64,000 bases of DNA, from contig CAXXLZ010000001.1 of the NCBI GenBank assembly GCA_963675595.2, positions 1,440,001-1,504,000 on the forward strand, given 5' to 3'. Shown piece by piece: positions 53,328 through 63,676 of the stretch (position 1 is the stretch's first letter; each line of letters starts with the position of its first letter). Source of the stretch: Thermodesulfobacteriota bacterium (lineage in GTDB: Bacteria > Desulfobacterota > Desulfarculia > JACQYL01). A program made the translations under genes and the position numbers. The notes under the pieces were generated by a model. That model had not been told where the DNA came from. It ran no database searches and saw nothing but the letters and a program-made list of their open reading frames with translations.

Positions 53328-53523
53328 TGTCAAGCCCCCAGTTTTTGGTCCAGGAGTTATGAGAGTTTTATCATGACTCGCGGTTTTCCATCCCCGGCCC
53401 TTGGGGCCTCGGCGAAGCCGAGCTGAGCGAGGCGGAGTCGATGCCCCAAGGACCAAGCAAAGAAATCACAGGGCCTTGAGAAAAACTCTCATAATTGCTG
53501 GACCAAAAACCGGGGGCTTGACA
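53328..53523. mobile_element. 196-bp element made of two outward-facing IS3-family right ends
   Basis: Starts TGTCAAGCCCCCAGTTTTTGGTCCAG and ends CTGGACCAAAAACCGGGGGCTTGACA. The left ~125 bp nearly match the IS3 right end at 61849. No target duplication. Confidence 0.85.
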
Positions 53524-53892
53524 CTGCTCCGCAATCTCGTTCATGCTTTCGAATACCCTGATCACTTCCTTGGCGAAGAATTCGTTGTTCTCGATCGAAG
53601 GCCTTTGAACGCAACCATCACTCCTCACAACGCTCGCCTGGTAGACCAGCTTGAAGGCCATACCAAGCCGAGCCTGCATGGTACGATCATCCTTCCATTT
53701 CCTTCGCACGACAGGCTTCACGTTTTGTGGCGAACCTGGGTCTTCTTTCTCCAGCAGTTCATCGATCATTTCCGACGCTTCTTCCAAGGTCAGGCTTTCC
53801 AAGGCTCGATCAAATCTGGTCTCGGTTCGATTGATCAAGTCAGCCAAGAATTCAACCTGCTTTGGGCTTGCCATTCTACTTACAGCTTCCAT
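53524..53892 (-). pseudogene. Mobile-element-type hypothetical protein, 3'-truncated by the IS3-derived element
   Basis: ASPKQVEFL...LTLEEASEMIDEL motif; RBS GGAGG; frame runs into IS-end sequence at 53523. Confidence 0.6.
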
Positions 53893-54056
53893 TTTCTTTT
53901 CCTCCGAGTGAGCGGCTTTATTGCCCCTCTCCTCAGGTCTTTAGGGAGAGGGGTACATGCGAAACACGAAAAGTCTGTATGATGGGAAGCATTGGTCAGG
54001 AGGGCCGGAACCGAGCACGGAAAGTGCGATCTCCGGTTTGGTTCGGTGCTATTTCT

Positions 54057-54088
54057 GTGTGAGAATCCGTGTGAGACTTTGTGTGTGA
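54057..54088 (+). repeat. Three direct repeats GTGTGWGA at 12-bp period (integrase arm-type site candidates)
   Basis: GTGTGAGA at 54057 and 54069, GTGTGTGA at 54081. Confidence 0.6.
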
Positions 54089-54190
54089 ATTAGGCTTCTT
54101 TTTGGAAAATTGGCAAAAATTTGCAGAATCTGGACCGTGTAATTTCAGCAACTTAAGCAAAATGAGGAAGTTGTGAAGCTAAGAGTCGCT

Positions 54191-54237
54191 GACTTCGAAT
54201 CCGCAGGTCGCACGTTCGAGTCGTGCCGGGCGCGCCA
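54191..54237 (+). other. 3' fragment of tRNA-Arg(TCG), an attachment (att) site
   Basis: GACTTCGAATCCGCAGGTCGCACGTTCGAGTCGTGCCGGGCGCGCCA contains the anticodon loop, T-arm, acceptor strand and CCA. The 5' acceptor strand and D-arm are absent. Confidence 0.85.
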
Positions 54238-54252
54238 ATAAATAGTGCACCA

Positions 54253-54265
54253 TATCAAGAGGTTA
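54253..54265 (+). promoter_or_regulatory. IHF-like binding site (second candidate at 54143-54155)
   Basis: TATCAAGAGGTTA matches WATCAANNNNTTR; TTTCAGCAACTTA lies on the other side of the att core. Confidence 0.5.
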
Positions 54266-55067
54266 GCCGTACAGGTTATCCCCTTTCTTTTGAGTACCAA
54301 TAATGCCCCCTGATTATGACTGAATTTCACCACGGATTACACGGGCTGCATAAGCATGAACATTGAGAAACTGTGCTGACAAACTCATATTCTTCTCGAC
54401 AAGAGTCAAGAGTTGACTTGACCCCTTTCACAAAGCGCTTGGAAGTCCGGACCGAGGTCGCGACACCAGACCCCATGCGCTTATCCCCAACAAGTTGAGG
54501 GCATTTTCGAGAAACGCCGCAAGCTTGGGCACTGCTTGTCGGTCTGCCTCCTCCACGACCCATCGAGCAAGATCATGCTTGTCCTGCTCGCTGATCACGT
54601 AGCGAACGCCCGTAGGTGCTCGAATCTCCAGCTCCGCCTGACGCTGCTGGCTTCCGATAAACTCTTCGATGAGCGACACAGGCAATAGATCCTCGATCTC
54701 GGCGACCTGTCGCACATGGTCGTATGCGCTTTTGGGCAAGTCTATTGCATCGATGGGGACCGAGACGACAGGATGTCGGAACTCGACGAGCTGCTTTCGC
54801 AGCCGCTTCCCGATGACGTCGGAATCAAGAACCGCGACACAGGGTCGGCCTTGGTTACGGAGGGCGATCGCCTGCTCTGCAACGATACTGGCACCGCCGC
54901 AGTCCCGAACATCAACGGCAGATGACGATGGCAGGCCTTGCAGTAGCCATTCGAAATAGACCCTGTCAGTGTAGCCCTCTACGAGCAGGGTCGGTCGTGT
55001 CGGCGGTGGCGACGTGGCCTGTCGATACGCCGAAGCAGCATCTGCTGCCTGTAGATGCCCGGAGAAG

Positions 55068-56365
55068 TGGAATGCCCCCCGATAATTGGTCCATGTATAA
55101 TGAGAGTCTGAATGCCCAAAGAACGGAAGGAGACTTTTTGCATGGCCAAGAGAAAGAGACACAGCGCGGAGCAAATCATCCGGAAACTTGAAGACGCGGA
55201 CCGTCGTCTGACGGCAGGGCAGACGATAGCGCAGGTTTGCCAATCGCTGGAGGTGAGCGAGGCGACGTACCACCGGTGGCGAAACCAGTATGGGGGGATG
55301 AAGGCTGAGGAGGCCAAACGGCTAAAAGAACTGGAAAAGGAAAATGCACGCTTAAAAAAGCTGGTCGCCGATCTGATGTTGGACAAGGCAATGCTGAAGG
55401 ATCTTGCGGAGGGAAACTTCTAAGCCCGGCGCGTCGTAGGAAAGCGGTTGATTATGTTCGAAGTGAACATGCCGCTTCAGAGCGTCGGGCCTGCCGCGTA
55501 GCCGGTCAACACCGATCCACCCAACGTTATGAGCCGAAGGAACGGGACGATGAGGTGGAACTGATCAAGGCTCTTCACCGGTTGGTTGGAGAACATCCCC
55601 GTTTTGGATGCCGTAGGATCACTCGGCTGCTGCGTGATGCGGGGTGGGCGGTAAACTACAAGCGAATTCATAGACTTTGGAAAGAGGAGGGATTCAAGGT
55701 ACCTCGAAAAGCCAAGAAGAAACGCTTCCTGGGAGTTGATGCCAATGCGTGCAACAAGCGTAAGGCGGCTTTTGCAAATGATGTCTGGACGTTGGATTTC
55801 ATTCATGACCGCTTGGTCGACGGCCGTCAGTTCAAGTGCTTGGCCATTGTCGACGAGTTTACTCGGGAAAACCTGGCCCTGAGGATCAACCGCTCCATTA
55901 CGGGTGAAGACGTTTTGAACGAGCTGAGCCGATTGATGGGCGAGCGGGGAGTTCCAACGGGCATTCGATCGGATAACGGTCCCGAATTTATAGCCCAAAA
56001 GGTGAGAAATTGGCTGAAAGACCTGGGAGTGGGAACCTTTTTCGTCGAGCCGGGAGCCCCTTGGCAGAACGGGTACGTGGAAAGTTTCAACAGCCGTTTT
56101 CGGGATGAATTCTTGAACATGGAAATTTTCAACAACATCAAGGAAGCGCAGACTCTGGCCGCCAAATGGCGGAAAGTCTATAACGAGGAAAGACCGCACA
56201 GTGCATTGAATTACATGACCCCGGCCCGGTTCGCGGCGAGCCCTTGGGGCCTCGACTCCGCCTCGCTCAGCTCGGCTTCGCCGTGGCCCCAAGGGCCGGG
56301 GATGGAAAACCGCGAGTCATGATAAAACTCTCATAACTCCTGGACCAAAAACTGGGGGCTTGACA
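55068..56365 (+). mobile_element. IS3-family element (IS407-group-like), copy 1, 1298 bp
   Basis: TG...CA ends with imperfect IRs; 4-bp duplication GAAG; orfA/orfB with a GGGAAAC frameshift window. Confidence 0.95.
55142..56322 (+). CDS. IS3 transposase OrfA/OrfB (programmed -1 frameshift near 55411-55423)
   Basis: OrfA HTH (MAKRKRHSAEQII..LKELEKENARLKK); OrfB rve core (WTLDF, SDNGPEF, PWQNGYVESFN, YNEERPH). Confidence 0.93.
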
Positions 56366-56973
56366 GAAGCCCCAGCCAGCTCCCTTCAAGCCGCCAAGAA
56401 ACCCGTCTACCGTTCGAAACCCCTCTGGCATCCCGCTGGCACAGCAGAACTTGGCGCACTCCTGAATCGCAACGAGATCGCCCGTCAGGCAGTTCAGCAC
56501 GATCCAGCTCTCCACGAAGGCTTCGACGTCTTGGGGCCGCGACACTAGATCATCCAAGAACACCAACGCAGTATCAGGGCGCTTCGCGAGAAGCAGGTTC
56601 CGCGTCCGAGTGGACAGCTCTGTCATTGAAGCGAGAAGCGAGTGGTCTGACGCCACAACAAGCCTGATCAACTCTTCGCGGAGCCCCTTCGAGAACTTGT
56701 CGAGGTCGTCCGCTATGACTGATAGTCCCGAGCGGGACTTGAGTAGCGCGATGGAATCGGTGCAGTCACTTCCGTCTGGAGGAGGCATCACCACGGCATC
56801 AGCTACTTCATGGCCAACTGCAGTCAGAAGGTGCGACTTCCCGGCGCCTACCGCCGCAACGATGACACATGTACTCGGCGTCTCCCCGATCCATGAACGG
56901 ACTGAGGCGACCGCCGCAGACATCGACGAAGAAATTTGTACAGTGTGGCCTGGGTCCAGTAAGCTCATGCTTC

Positions 56974-59900
56974 TCAATCCCCTGAAAGAGCTTTAATTTG
57001 CAGGCCCCGATAGTTGATTGCGATGGCTACCGGCACAAACTCACCGATTTCCAGACCAGACGGCGCCACCTGCATCTCCACCTCCGGATGCATTTCGAGG
57101 ACGGTGCCTAAGGACTCGATGCGTACCACAGCACGGTCTCCTCTCCGAGCCTGGACCCGCGCCGCGTACGACCGTGCTCGCCCGTCTTCGCCACTCACGA
57201 TGGCAAGCTCACCTACTCGCCTCCTCATGCCGATCGACCTACGTTCCAAGCGAGAAAAAGTCTCGCGAGCGCCGTCTGCGTCCCCAAGCTGAAGTTGCGC
57301 CCAGCCGAGCAGGAAGGTGGTCAGAGGGTGCTCCGAGTCCTCCGCTATCGCAAGCCGCCCGCGCGCGACCTGAAGAAGCTGTTCCCAGGCGCTTTCGGGA
57401 GCCCGGCAGCATGCCGCATGCTCTGTGCCGAACTTCGAACCGGCCCACCCGTCGATCCAAAGACGGCATAGGTATCGCAGCACACGGACATCAGAGAGAA
57501 CGACTGGCCCGTAGCCAAGAAACCGCTCCAGCTCGGCCCGGCACATTGCCGGATCATGTTTGGCATCTTCGACCGCCAATCGCGACAGGACAAGCTCGCC
57601 AGCGAAGTTCCCGCGTTCGCGCATTTCGGCCGCACGCTCCTTCGCAAGCGGTGCAGCACCAAGGATCGAATCGAGTTCGATGAGTCGTCCGTCGAGGCGG
57701 CTTTGCTGCTCCTCGTCGACGATCTGTTCGTCGCAGGCAACCTCCAACGCCATCTGCATCGTCGAAAGAAGTTCTGCCTCAATGTCGCCGTCACCTTCCC
57801 CGGCAGCCGCCAGAAGCTTGCATGCGTCTCGGTTCGCCCAGAACAGGATATCCAGCGGGTGGTACTGCGTGTCGTAGGAGCGAGCCATCATCACATCGGC
57901 CTGCAGCGCGTTCAGAACGTCTCGTATACCTTTTGCTGATGGCGTGCCTTCCCGCATGATGATGTTTAGCTCGGTGCCACGGATGTCAGCTGCCAAAGTC
58001 AAGGCTCGCTGCAGTTCGAAGCTCCGCGCTTCGCTCGGGTGCCGCGCCCGGAGAACTTCGATAGCGGAATCCAGGAGTTCCAGCGCTTCGCGGCACTGCT
58101 GCCGCTTCTCTTCGGCTAGAGCCTCAGCGTCGCGCTCTGCGATGTCGCCCCTAATGATCGCCTCAAGACTCAGTAACCCAGGATGGCGCTTCCCATGTGA
58201 TTTCCAAATGCTTGATAGAATGTCCGCGAGCTCCTGGAGGGCCGGGATCGTCCCAAAGTCGGTAGCTGCTTCACCACGCGGTCCGACTTGCCGAAGCAAT
58301 CGGATCATGTAGTCTTGCGTAGGGTTGACACCAGGAAACGCCTCCAAATCCCAGGGAACTCGGTCGACAAGCTTCCGCAGCACGCTAAGCTGCAATGCCG
58401 CGCTTGCGCGAATCGCTCGGAGCAGCCATTGGGCGTGAAGGCGATGGGCCGTCATAAACACGATAGTCCCTTGATGATCCAACTTGACCTCTTGGATAAG
58501 CGCTGTCTCACCCAATGCCCACTCGATGCGCTGGAACGAGCGAAGAAGGTCGCTGCCCAGGATCACGAATAGCGTGTCCGTAGCCACGGGCAGGTCCGTG
58601 GCGGCGCAGAATAGTATGATCTCTATAAGGTCGCGTACGGAAGAATCCGCCTCAAAACGTACGCTGGGCTCGTCGGCGGAAGTATCAGACGTAAGGTCAG
58701 GAAAAAGCGAGCGAAGTTTGGCGGCGAGGGGACCTTCTGCGGTCTTGCTGTCGCCGCTCGTGGGCTGAGCTTTTTGGATCACCCGTTCGTACTCTTGAAG
58801 CAGTGCGGCGGTCGATCCATACCCGACTTCCGGTAGAACTTTGTTAAGACGGCTCAAGAAGTCCCGCCCCCCGCCACCCGGATCGACGAGATCGTGTCTC
58901 GCGAGGAAGCTATCCCACCGAATGGACTCTTCCGGTGAGAAAGTCAGGCTGATCGGATAACGCGTGTATCTACGGTCCAGCTCGCCGTCGTCCACGAAAG
59001 CAGTCTCCGTGCCAACCAGAACCAAGCGCCGGCCGTCCGCGAGCAACTTGTTGAGGACACGGACGTACTCCTCGGGGAGCAGGCCATCTGCTACCAGAAC
59101 CGTCCACGGTATCCCTCGGGACTCTGCCATGCGAACGACACGCTCGAGCTGCGTGCTGTCGATTCCCGATAGACCCGGCAATAGCCAGAGTACAAACGAA
59201 CGGTGGTCGCTGCGGAGCCGCCACGCGACCTCCAAAAGACAAACAGACTTCCCGATGGCTGGTGGCCCCGACAACATGAGTGGACGACGCATCGGCCCGC
59301 CGCCGCGTTGGGTGCGGAGGGACTGCTTCGGGGAGGCTATAAATCCGGCGACATCGTCAACCAGGCTGGTCGTTACATCGCGCGGGAAGCAGTAGCCGCA
59401 AGCTGCAGCGCCCCAATCCGGGATGCCTACGTGAGCCCGCGCGACAAAGCCCGCGAGCCCTCCTTTTTGCCGCTCAGATCCCGAGGTGCGCAATTCATCC
59501 AACTCGGCATCGTCGATGACTGAGCCAACGCGCTGGATTTCCCTCCAGTCCTTTGCGGAGAAGCGCACCGTCTTCGGGTCATTGCCGACGGCGACCGTGA
59601 CTGTGTGGTCGTCTACTCCGAATACGGCTTTGCGCCCTACCGCCAAGTGTCCGAATAGTTCATCGTCAAAGGCCCAGTCGGCGAGTGCGCTCGTAAGCCT
59701 CTGGTCTTCGAAGAAGACCAACCCGTCAAGGTCGTTGCGAAGACTTGGCGGTGCCCAACCGAACCAGTAGACCATTCCGGCAGGGATCTTGCGCAGGACC
59801 TGACCCAGCACGGCCCAAGACACATCGTCGAGCCAGGCATCTGAACTCATGCCCTCCACGACAAGAGCGCCTCGTGTTCCGAGTAGCTGCGGCAGCGCAT

Positions 59901-60396
59901 CGAACGCTTTCGGCAGTTTTAGAAGCAGCTTCTCCGACAAAGTGTCTAAACCAGGGGGTGCGAGGTCCCCCGATAAGCCAGCTCTCCCGAAAACATGAAA
60001 GAGGTGTAGAGTCGCGGGCGAGTGGGCTCCGGCTGTAAGTGCGATCCGCTCTGCTGCGGATTCTACGAGGCGTCTTGATCTTCCCGCGGCGTTCAGGGCG
60101 TCCAGAAAGCCACGATCAATGGCCGTCGAGACCACAGACGTCCATGGCAGGGAAGCGAGTTCGACAAGTGGAACGTGTCGCGTTGCCGTGAACTCGGCCA
60201 TCGACGCTGTCAGAGTGGATGCATCCAGTCGAGACAGGGCCTCTCTGAGCGATGTAAAACGTGTCGTCGCTAGATTGGATGCCTCCCTGACGACGTTTTC
60301 AACGAGCCCCTCAGTGTGGTCCTGGCCGAGCAACAGACAGGCACGGCCTTCGGAAATCGCAGTGACTAGAAAGTGTGCCATTGTCTTCTCCATCAT
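56974..60396 (-). CDS. Large SIR2-like/STAND-like P-loop NTPase with helical repeats and a C-terminal beta (OB-like) domain; candidate defence protein
   Basis: N-terminal ACLLLG..LPWTSVVSTAID..FHVFG (SIR2-like, degenerate); Walker A GPPAIGKS; Walker B LVADG; long helical region; RBS GAGGTGG. Confidence 0.75.
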   Translation of the reverse strand: MMEKTMAHFLVTAISEGRACLLLGQDHTEGLVENVVREASNLATTRFTSLREALSRLDASTLTASMAEFTATRHVPLVELASLPWTSVVSTAIDRGFLDALNAAGRSRRLVESAAERIALTAGAHSPATLHLFHVFGRAGLSGDLAPPGLDTLSEKLLLKLPKAFDALPQLLGTRGALVVEGMSSDAWLDDVSWAVLGQVLRKIPAGMVYWFGWAPPSLRNDLDGLVFFEDQRLTSALADWAFDDELFGHLAVGRKAVFGVDDHTVTVAVGNDPKTVRFSAKDWREIQRVGSVIDDAELDELRTSGSERQKGGLAGFVARAHVGIPDWGAAACGYCFPRDVTTSLVDDVAGFIASPKQSLRTQRGGGPMRRPLMLSGPPAIGKSVCLLEVAWRLRSDHRSFVLWLLPGLSGIDSTQLERVVRMAESRGIPWTVLVADGLLPEEYVRVLNKLLADGRRLVLVGTETAFVDDGELDRRYTRYPISLTFSPEESIRWDSFLARHDLVDPGGGGRDFLSRLNKVLPEVGYGSTAALLQEYERVIQKAQPTSGDSKTAEGPLAAKLRSLFPDLTSDTSADEPSVRFEADSSVRDLIEIILFCAATDLPVATDTLFVILGSDLLRSFQRIEWALGETALIQEVKLDHQGTIVFMTAHRLHAQWLLRAIRASAALQLSVLRKLVDRVPWDLEAFPGVNPTQDYMIRLLRQVGPRGEAATDFGTIPALQELADILSSIWKSHGKRHPGLLSLEAIIRGDIAERDAEALAEEKRQQCREALELLDSAIEVLRARHPSEARSFELQRALTLAADIRGTELNIIMREGTPSAKGIRDVLNALQADVMMARSYDTQYHPLDILFWANRDACKLLAAAGEGDGDIEAELLSTMQMALEVACDEQIVDEEQQSRLDGRLIELDSILGAAPLAKERAAEMRERGNFAGELVLSRLAVEDAKHDPAMCRAELERFLGYGPVVLSDVRVLRYLCRLWIDGWAGSKFGTEHAACCRAPESAWEQLLQVARGRLAIAEDSEHPLTTFLLGWAQLQLGDADGARETFSRLERRSIGMRRRVGELAIVSGEDGRARSYAARVQARRGDRAVVRIESLGTVLEMHPEVEMQVAPSGLEIGEFVPVAIAINYRGLQIKALSGD

Positions 60397-61848
60397 CGGC
60401 TCCCCACCTCTTCAGTTAAAAGACCAGACTCGCTCAACACCTCTGCCGTGCCGGAATGCGCAGCCATCCCACCTCTAATAGAGACAACCAGCATCACGCC
60501 ACATCCTGTGGTCCTCGGCGCTACGGTTTGCGCGCGCATAGAGAGTAGAACCAATTTCAACAAAGAGCTGATCCGGCTCCAGAAGCCAGGACGGCGTCAG
60601 ATTGTTTCTTTGATCAAGACAACGCATCCTCAACCTCGATCAAGCAAGTAGCGGCAGCGGCCGAGAATCTATGATCGGCGGCATGCCGCTTGACGGTACA
60701 CTGCTTCACACGGTCCTCCGCAGCTGAGGAGTAACCTATGTTATGTCCCAGCACTATCATTTCATGCTGACTCTTTGACTATCACAATATGTTGATCTCC
60801 AAAATATTACTTACCATGTTCGATAAAGTTATGTCTATCGTACAAAATAGTGTACCTTATTATACTACTGTCCGGTTATAACTAGTTGAAATTAAGGGTT
60901 AATTGTTGCTGATGTGAAGATGTTTGTTTTAGTGTTCCTGGATCAAATAAGCACCATATGTTTCGTCGGTTGAAGAGGTTCAATTGGAGTAGACGGAGTA
61001 TTTGAGAGAGACTGTTCCCCAAGCGGGCCAGGAATTTGTAGTAGGCCAGCAGAAGCATGGTGATCAGGGCGATCCAGAGCTGAGTGAGTACGGCGTTTTT
61101 AGTAGTCCCGAAGAAGGTTTTGACCTTAAGGTTCTGTTTGATCCACTTGAAAAACAGCTCTATCTGCCAGCGCTCCCGGTAGATATCTGCGATGGTTTTT
61201 GATGAGAGTCGAAAGATATTGGTTAGATAGACATAATGTTTTTTCGTTTCAGGATCCCGATATCCCACCCGTCGAAGTGGGATGGGGCACTCTTTGGCCT
61301 TCGTACCGGTGAGGATGATGGTCTGATCCGAGGTTACTCCTTTGGATTTGAGGACCCTATGACGTTTTACGACCTGGTACTTGATGTTCTTTTTCATCCG
61401 AGTCACGAAGGAGGTGTTGTTCTCGTTGAGATCCCGAAACCAGGCGAAATCAACGTATGCGCGATCCATGGCCACGATGGAGCCCGAAGGCAGCCGAAGC
61501 AACTTGGCTACGGTGAGGTCCGCTTTCTTGGCCTCGGAGACTTGTACGAAAGCCGGAATGTACCCATCGTGGTCCAAGAGCGTGTGTAGTTTGATGCCGC
61601 CCTTGGTGGTCCGAAACTTGGCCCAATCAAACAGCGACAGGCATAAATCCACCACCGATGCGTCCAGGGAGTACAGCTTGTTCTTGAAGCGAAATCGCTT
61701 CCTCGGGGCTACGGACGCGCACATTTTGTACTGATGATGGAAAACGGCTTCGAAAAATCCGGCGTCACGGCTGCTGTTCGCGTCCGCGAGAGTGGAACGC
61801 TTCACCGTACGCGCACCCAAATGATAAAGCCTTCTCGACTGAAACCTG

Positions 61849-63146
61849 TGTCAAGCCCCCAGTTTTTGGTCCAGGAGTTATGAGAGTTTTATCATGACTC
61901 GCGGTTTTCCATCCCCGGCCCTTGGGGCCACGGCGAAGCCGAGCTGAGCGAGGCGGAGTCGAGGCCCCAAGGGCTCGCCGCGAACTGGGCCGGGGTCATG
62001 TAATTCAATGCACTGTGCGGTCTTTCCTCGTTATAGACTTTCCGCCATTTGGCGGCCAGAGTCTGCGCTTCCTTGATGTTGTTGAAAATTTCCATGTTCA
62101 AGAATTCATCCCGAAAACGGCTGTTGAAACTTTCCACGTACCCGTTCTGCCAAGGGGCTCCCGGCTCGACGAAAAAGGTTCCCACTCCCAGGTCTTTCAG
62201 CCAATTTCTCACCTTTTGGGCTATAAATTCGGGACCGTTATCCGATCGAATGCCCGTTGGAACTCCCCGCTCGCCCATCAATCGGCTCAGCTCGTTCAAA
62301 ACGTCTTCACCCGTAATGGAGCGGTTGATCCTCAGGGCCAGGTTTTCCCGAGTAAACTCGTCGACAATGGCCAAGCACTTGAACTGACGGCCGTCGACCA
62401 AGCGGTCATGAATGAAATCCAACGTCCAGACATCATTTGCAAAAGCCGCCTTACGCTTGTTGCACGCATTGGCATCAACTCCCAGGAAGCGTTTCTTCTT
62501 GGCTTTTCGAGGTACCTTGAATCCCTCCTCTTTCCAAAGTCTATGAATTCGCTTGTAGTTTACCGCCCACCCCGCATCACGCAGCAGCCGAGTGATCCTA
62601 CGGCATCCAAAACGGGGATGTTCTCCAACCAACCGGTGAAGAGCCTTGATCAGTTCCACCTCATCGTCCCGTTCCTTCGGCTCATAACGTTGGGTGGATC
62701 GGTGTTGACCGGCTACGCGGCAGGCCCGACGCTCTGAAGCGGCATGTTCACTTCGAACATAATCAACCGCTTTCCTACGACGCGCCGGGCTTAGAAGTTT
62801 CCCTCCGCAAGATCCTTCAGCATTGCCTTGTCCAACATCAGATCGGCGACCAGCTTTTTTAAGCGTGCATTTTCCTTTTCCAGTTCTTTTAGCCGCTTGG
62901 CCTCCTCAGCCTTCATCCCGCCATACTGGTTTCGCCACCGGTGGTACGTCGCCTCGCTCACCTCCAGGGATTGGCAAACCTGCGCTATCGTCTGCCCTGC
63001 CGTCAGACGACGGTCCGCGTCTTCAAGTTTCCGGATGATTTGCTCCGCGCTGTGTCTCTTTCTCTTGGCCATGCAAAAAGTCTCCTTCCGTTCTTTGGGC
63101 ATTCAGACTCTCATTATACATGGACCAATTATCGGGGGGCATTCCA
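61849..63146 (-). mobile_element. IS3-family element, copy 2, 1298 bp
   Basis: Near-identical inverted copy of 55068-56365 with a few substitutions; 4-bp duplication CCTG. Confidence 0.95.
61892..63072 (-). CDS. IS3 transposase OrfA/OrfB, copy 2
   Basis: Same proteins as copy 1; OrfB differs by R to Q near the C-terminus. Confidence 0.92.
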
Positions 63147-63676
63147 CCTGAATTGATTCACAATATCCCGAAGGCCACATCTTGTGGTGATTTGAGCAAA
63201 CATCATCACAACAAACTGTTCCCAGCGGTCAAGCGTTCGATACTTTCGCACAGGACGATAACCTTGGTTCTCAATGCGTCGAAAATCATGTCTATCAACC
63301 AGTTGAAGCAGCTGACCGAATATAGTATTAACATGTGCCATGGCCTGATTCTCCTTTCGCTTCAATTAGTTACAGGCAAAACTAATATAGCACGAAAGGG
63401 CCATTTCAGGCCTATTTTTGTTCGCTTAACCGGACAGTTGTGACCTTATTACAAGGGTAAAAGGTCGTATATATCATGGGACTATTAAATAAGAATGAAG
63501 AAGGTATGCATATGATCATAATAGAGTTGCGATAATTATATTCTGCACATATGAACTTATGGTTGATTATCCTATCTCGCAACTCTTAGTGACACATGAC
63601 CCTCATGCGCTGGCTGTACTGGGCCCTTGCTATACAGTCATACGTCGCACATGTGCCTGCAAATGTGCCTGATCAT

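Larger units (their letters stand above)
54428..56968 (-). pseudogene. P-loop ATPase plus OLD-like TOPRIM protein (~412 aa when reconstructed), split by IS3
   Basis: Removing 55068-56365 and one GAAG joins GAGWGF to SGHLQ in frame. Walker A AAVGAGKS, Walker B VIADD; TOPRIM LLVEGYTD, DCGG, VLDSD, EIEDLL. Confidence 0.85.
60882..63341 (-). pseudogene. IS4-family transposase (DUF4372-type N-terminus plus DDE), split by IS3 copy 2
   Basis: MAHVNTIFGQLL... N-terminus at 63341; SLDAS, MDRAY, YRERWQIELFFKWIKQ. Confidence 0.9.
60863..63442 (-). mobile_element. IS4-family element interrupted by a nested IS3
   Basis: IRs TACTACTGTCCGGTTA / TAACCGGACAGTTGTG; 9-bp duplication ACCTTATTA at 60854-60862 and 63443-63451. 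Confidence 0.92.

Noticed and set aside
54160-54237. Functional tRNA-Arg gene
   Set aside because: There is no 5' strand complementary to the GGGCGCG acceptor strand and no D-arm; only the 3' half is present.
55068-63146. Composite transposon bounded by the two inverted IS3 copies
   Set aside because: Each copy has its own target duplication (GAAG and CCTG) and interrupts a different gene, so they are independent insertions.
63520-63590. Inverted repeat AGAGTTGCGA...TCGCAACTCT as a retron ncRNA or attC site
   Set aside because: Only 10 bp with a long spacer; no reverse transcriptase, integron integrase or attC R/L boxes are visible.
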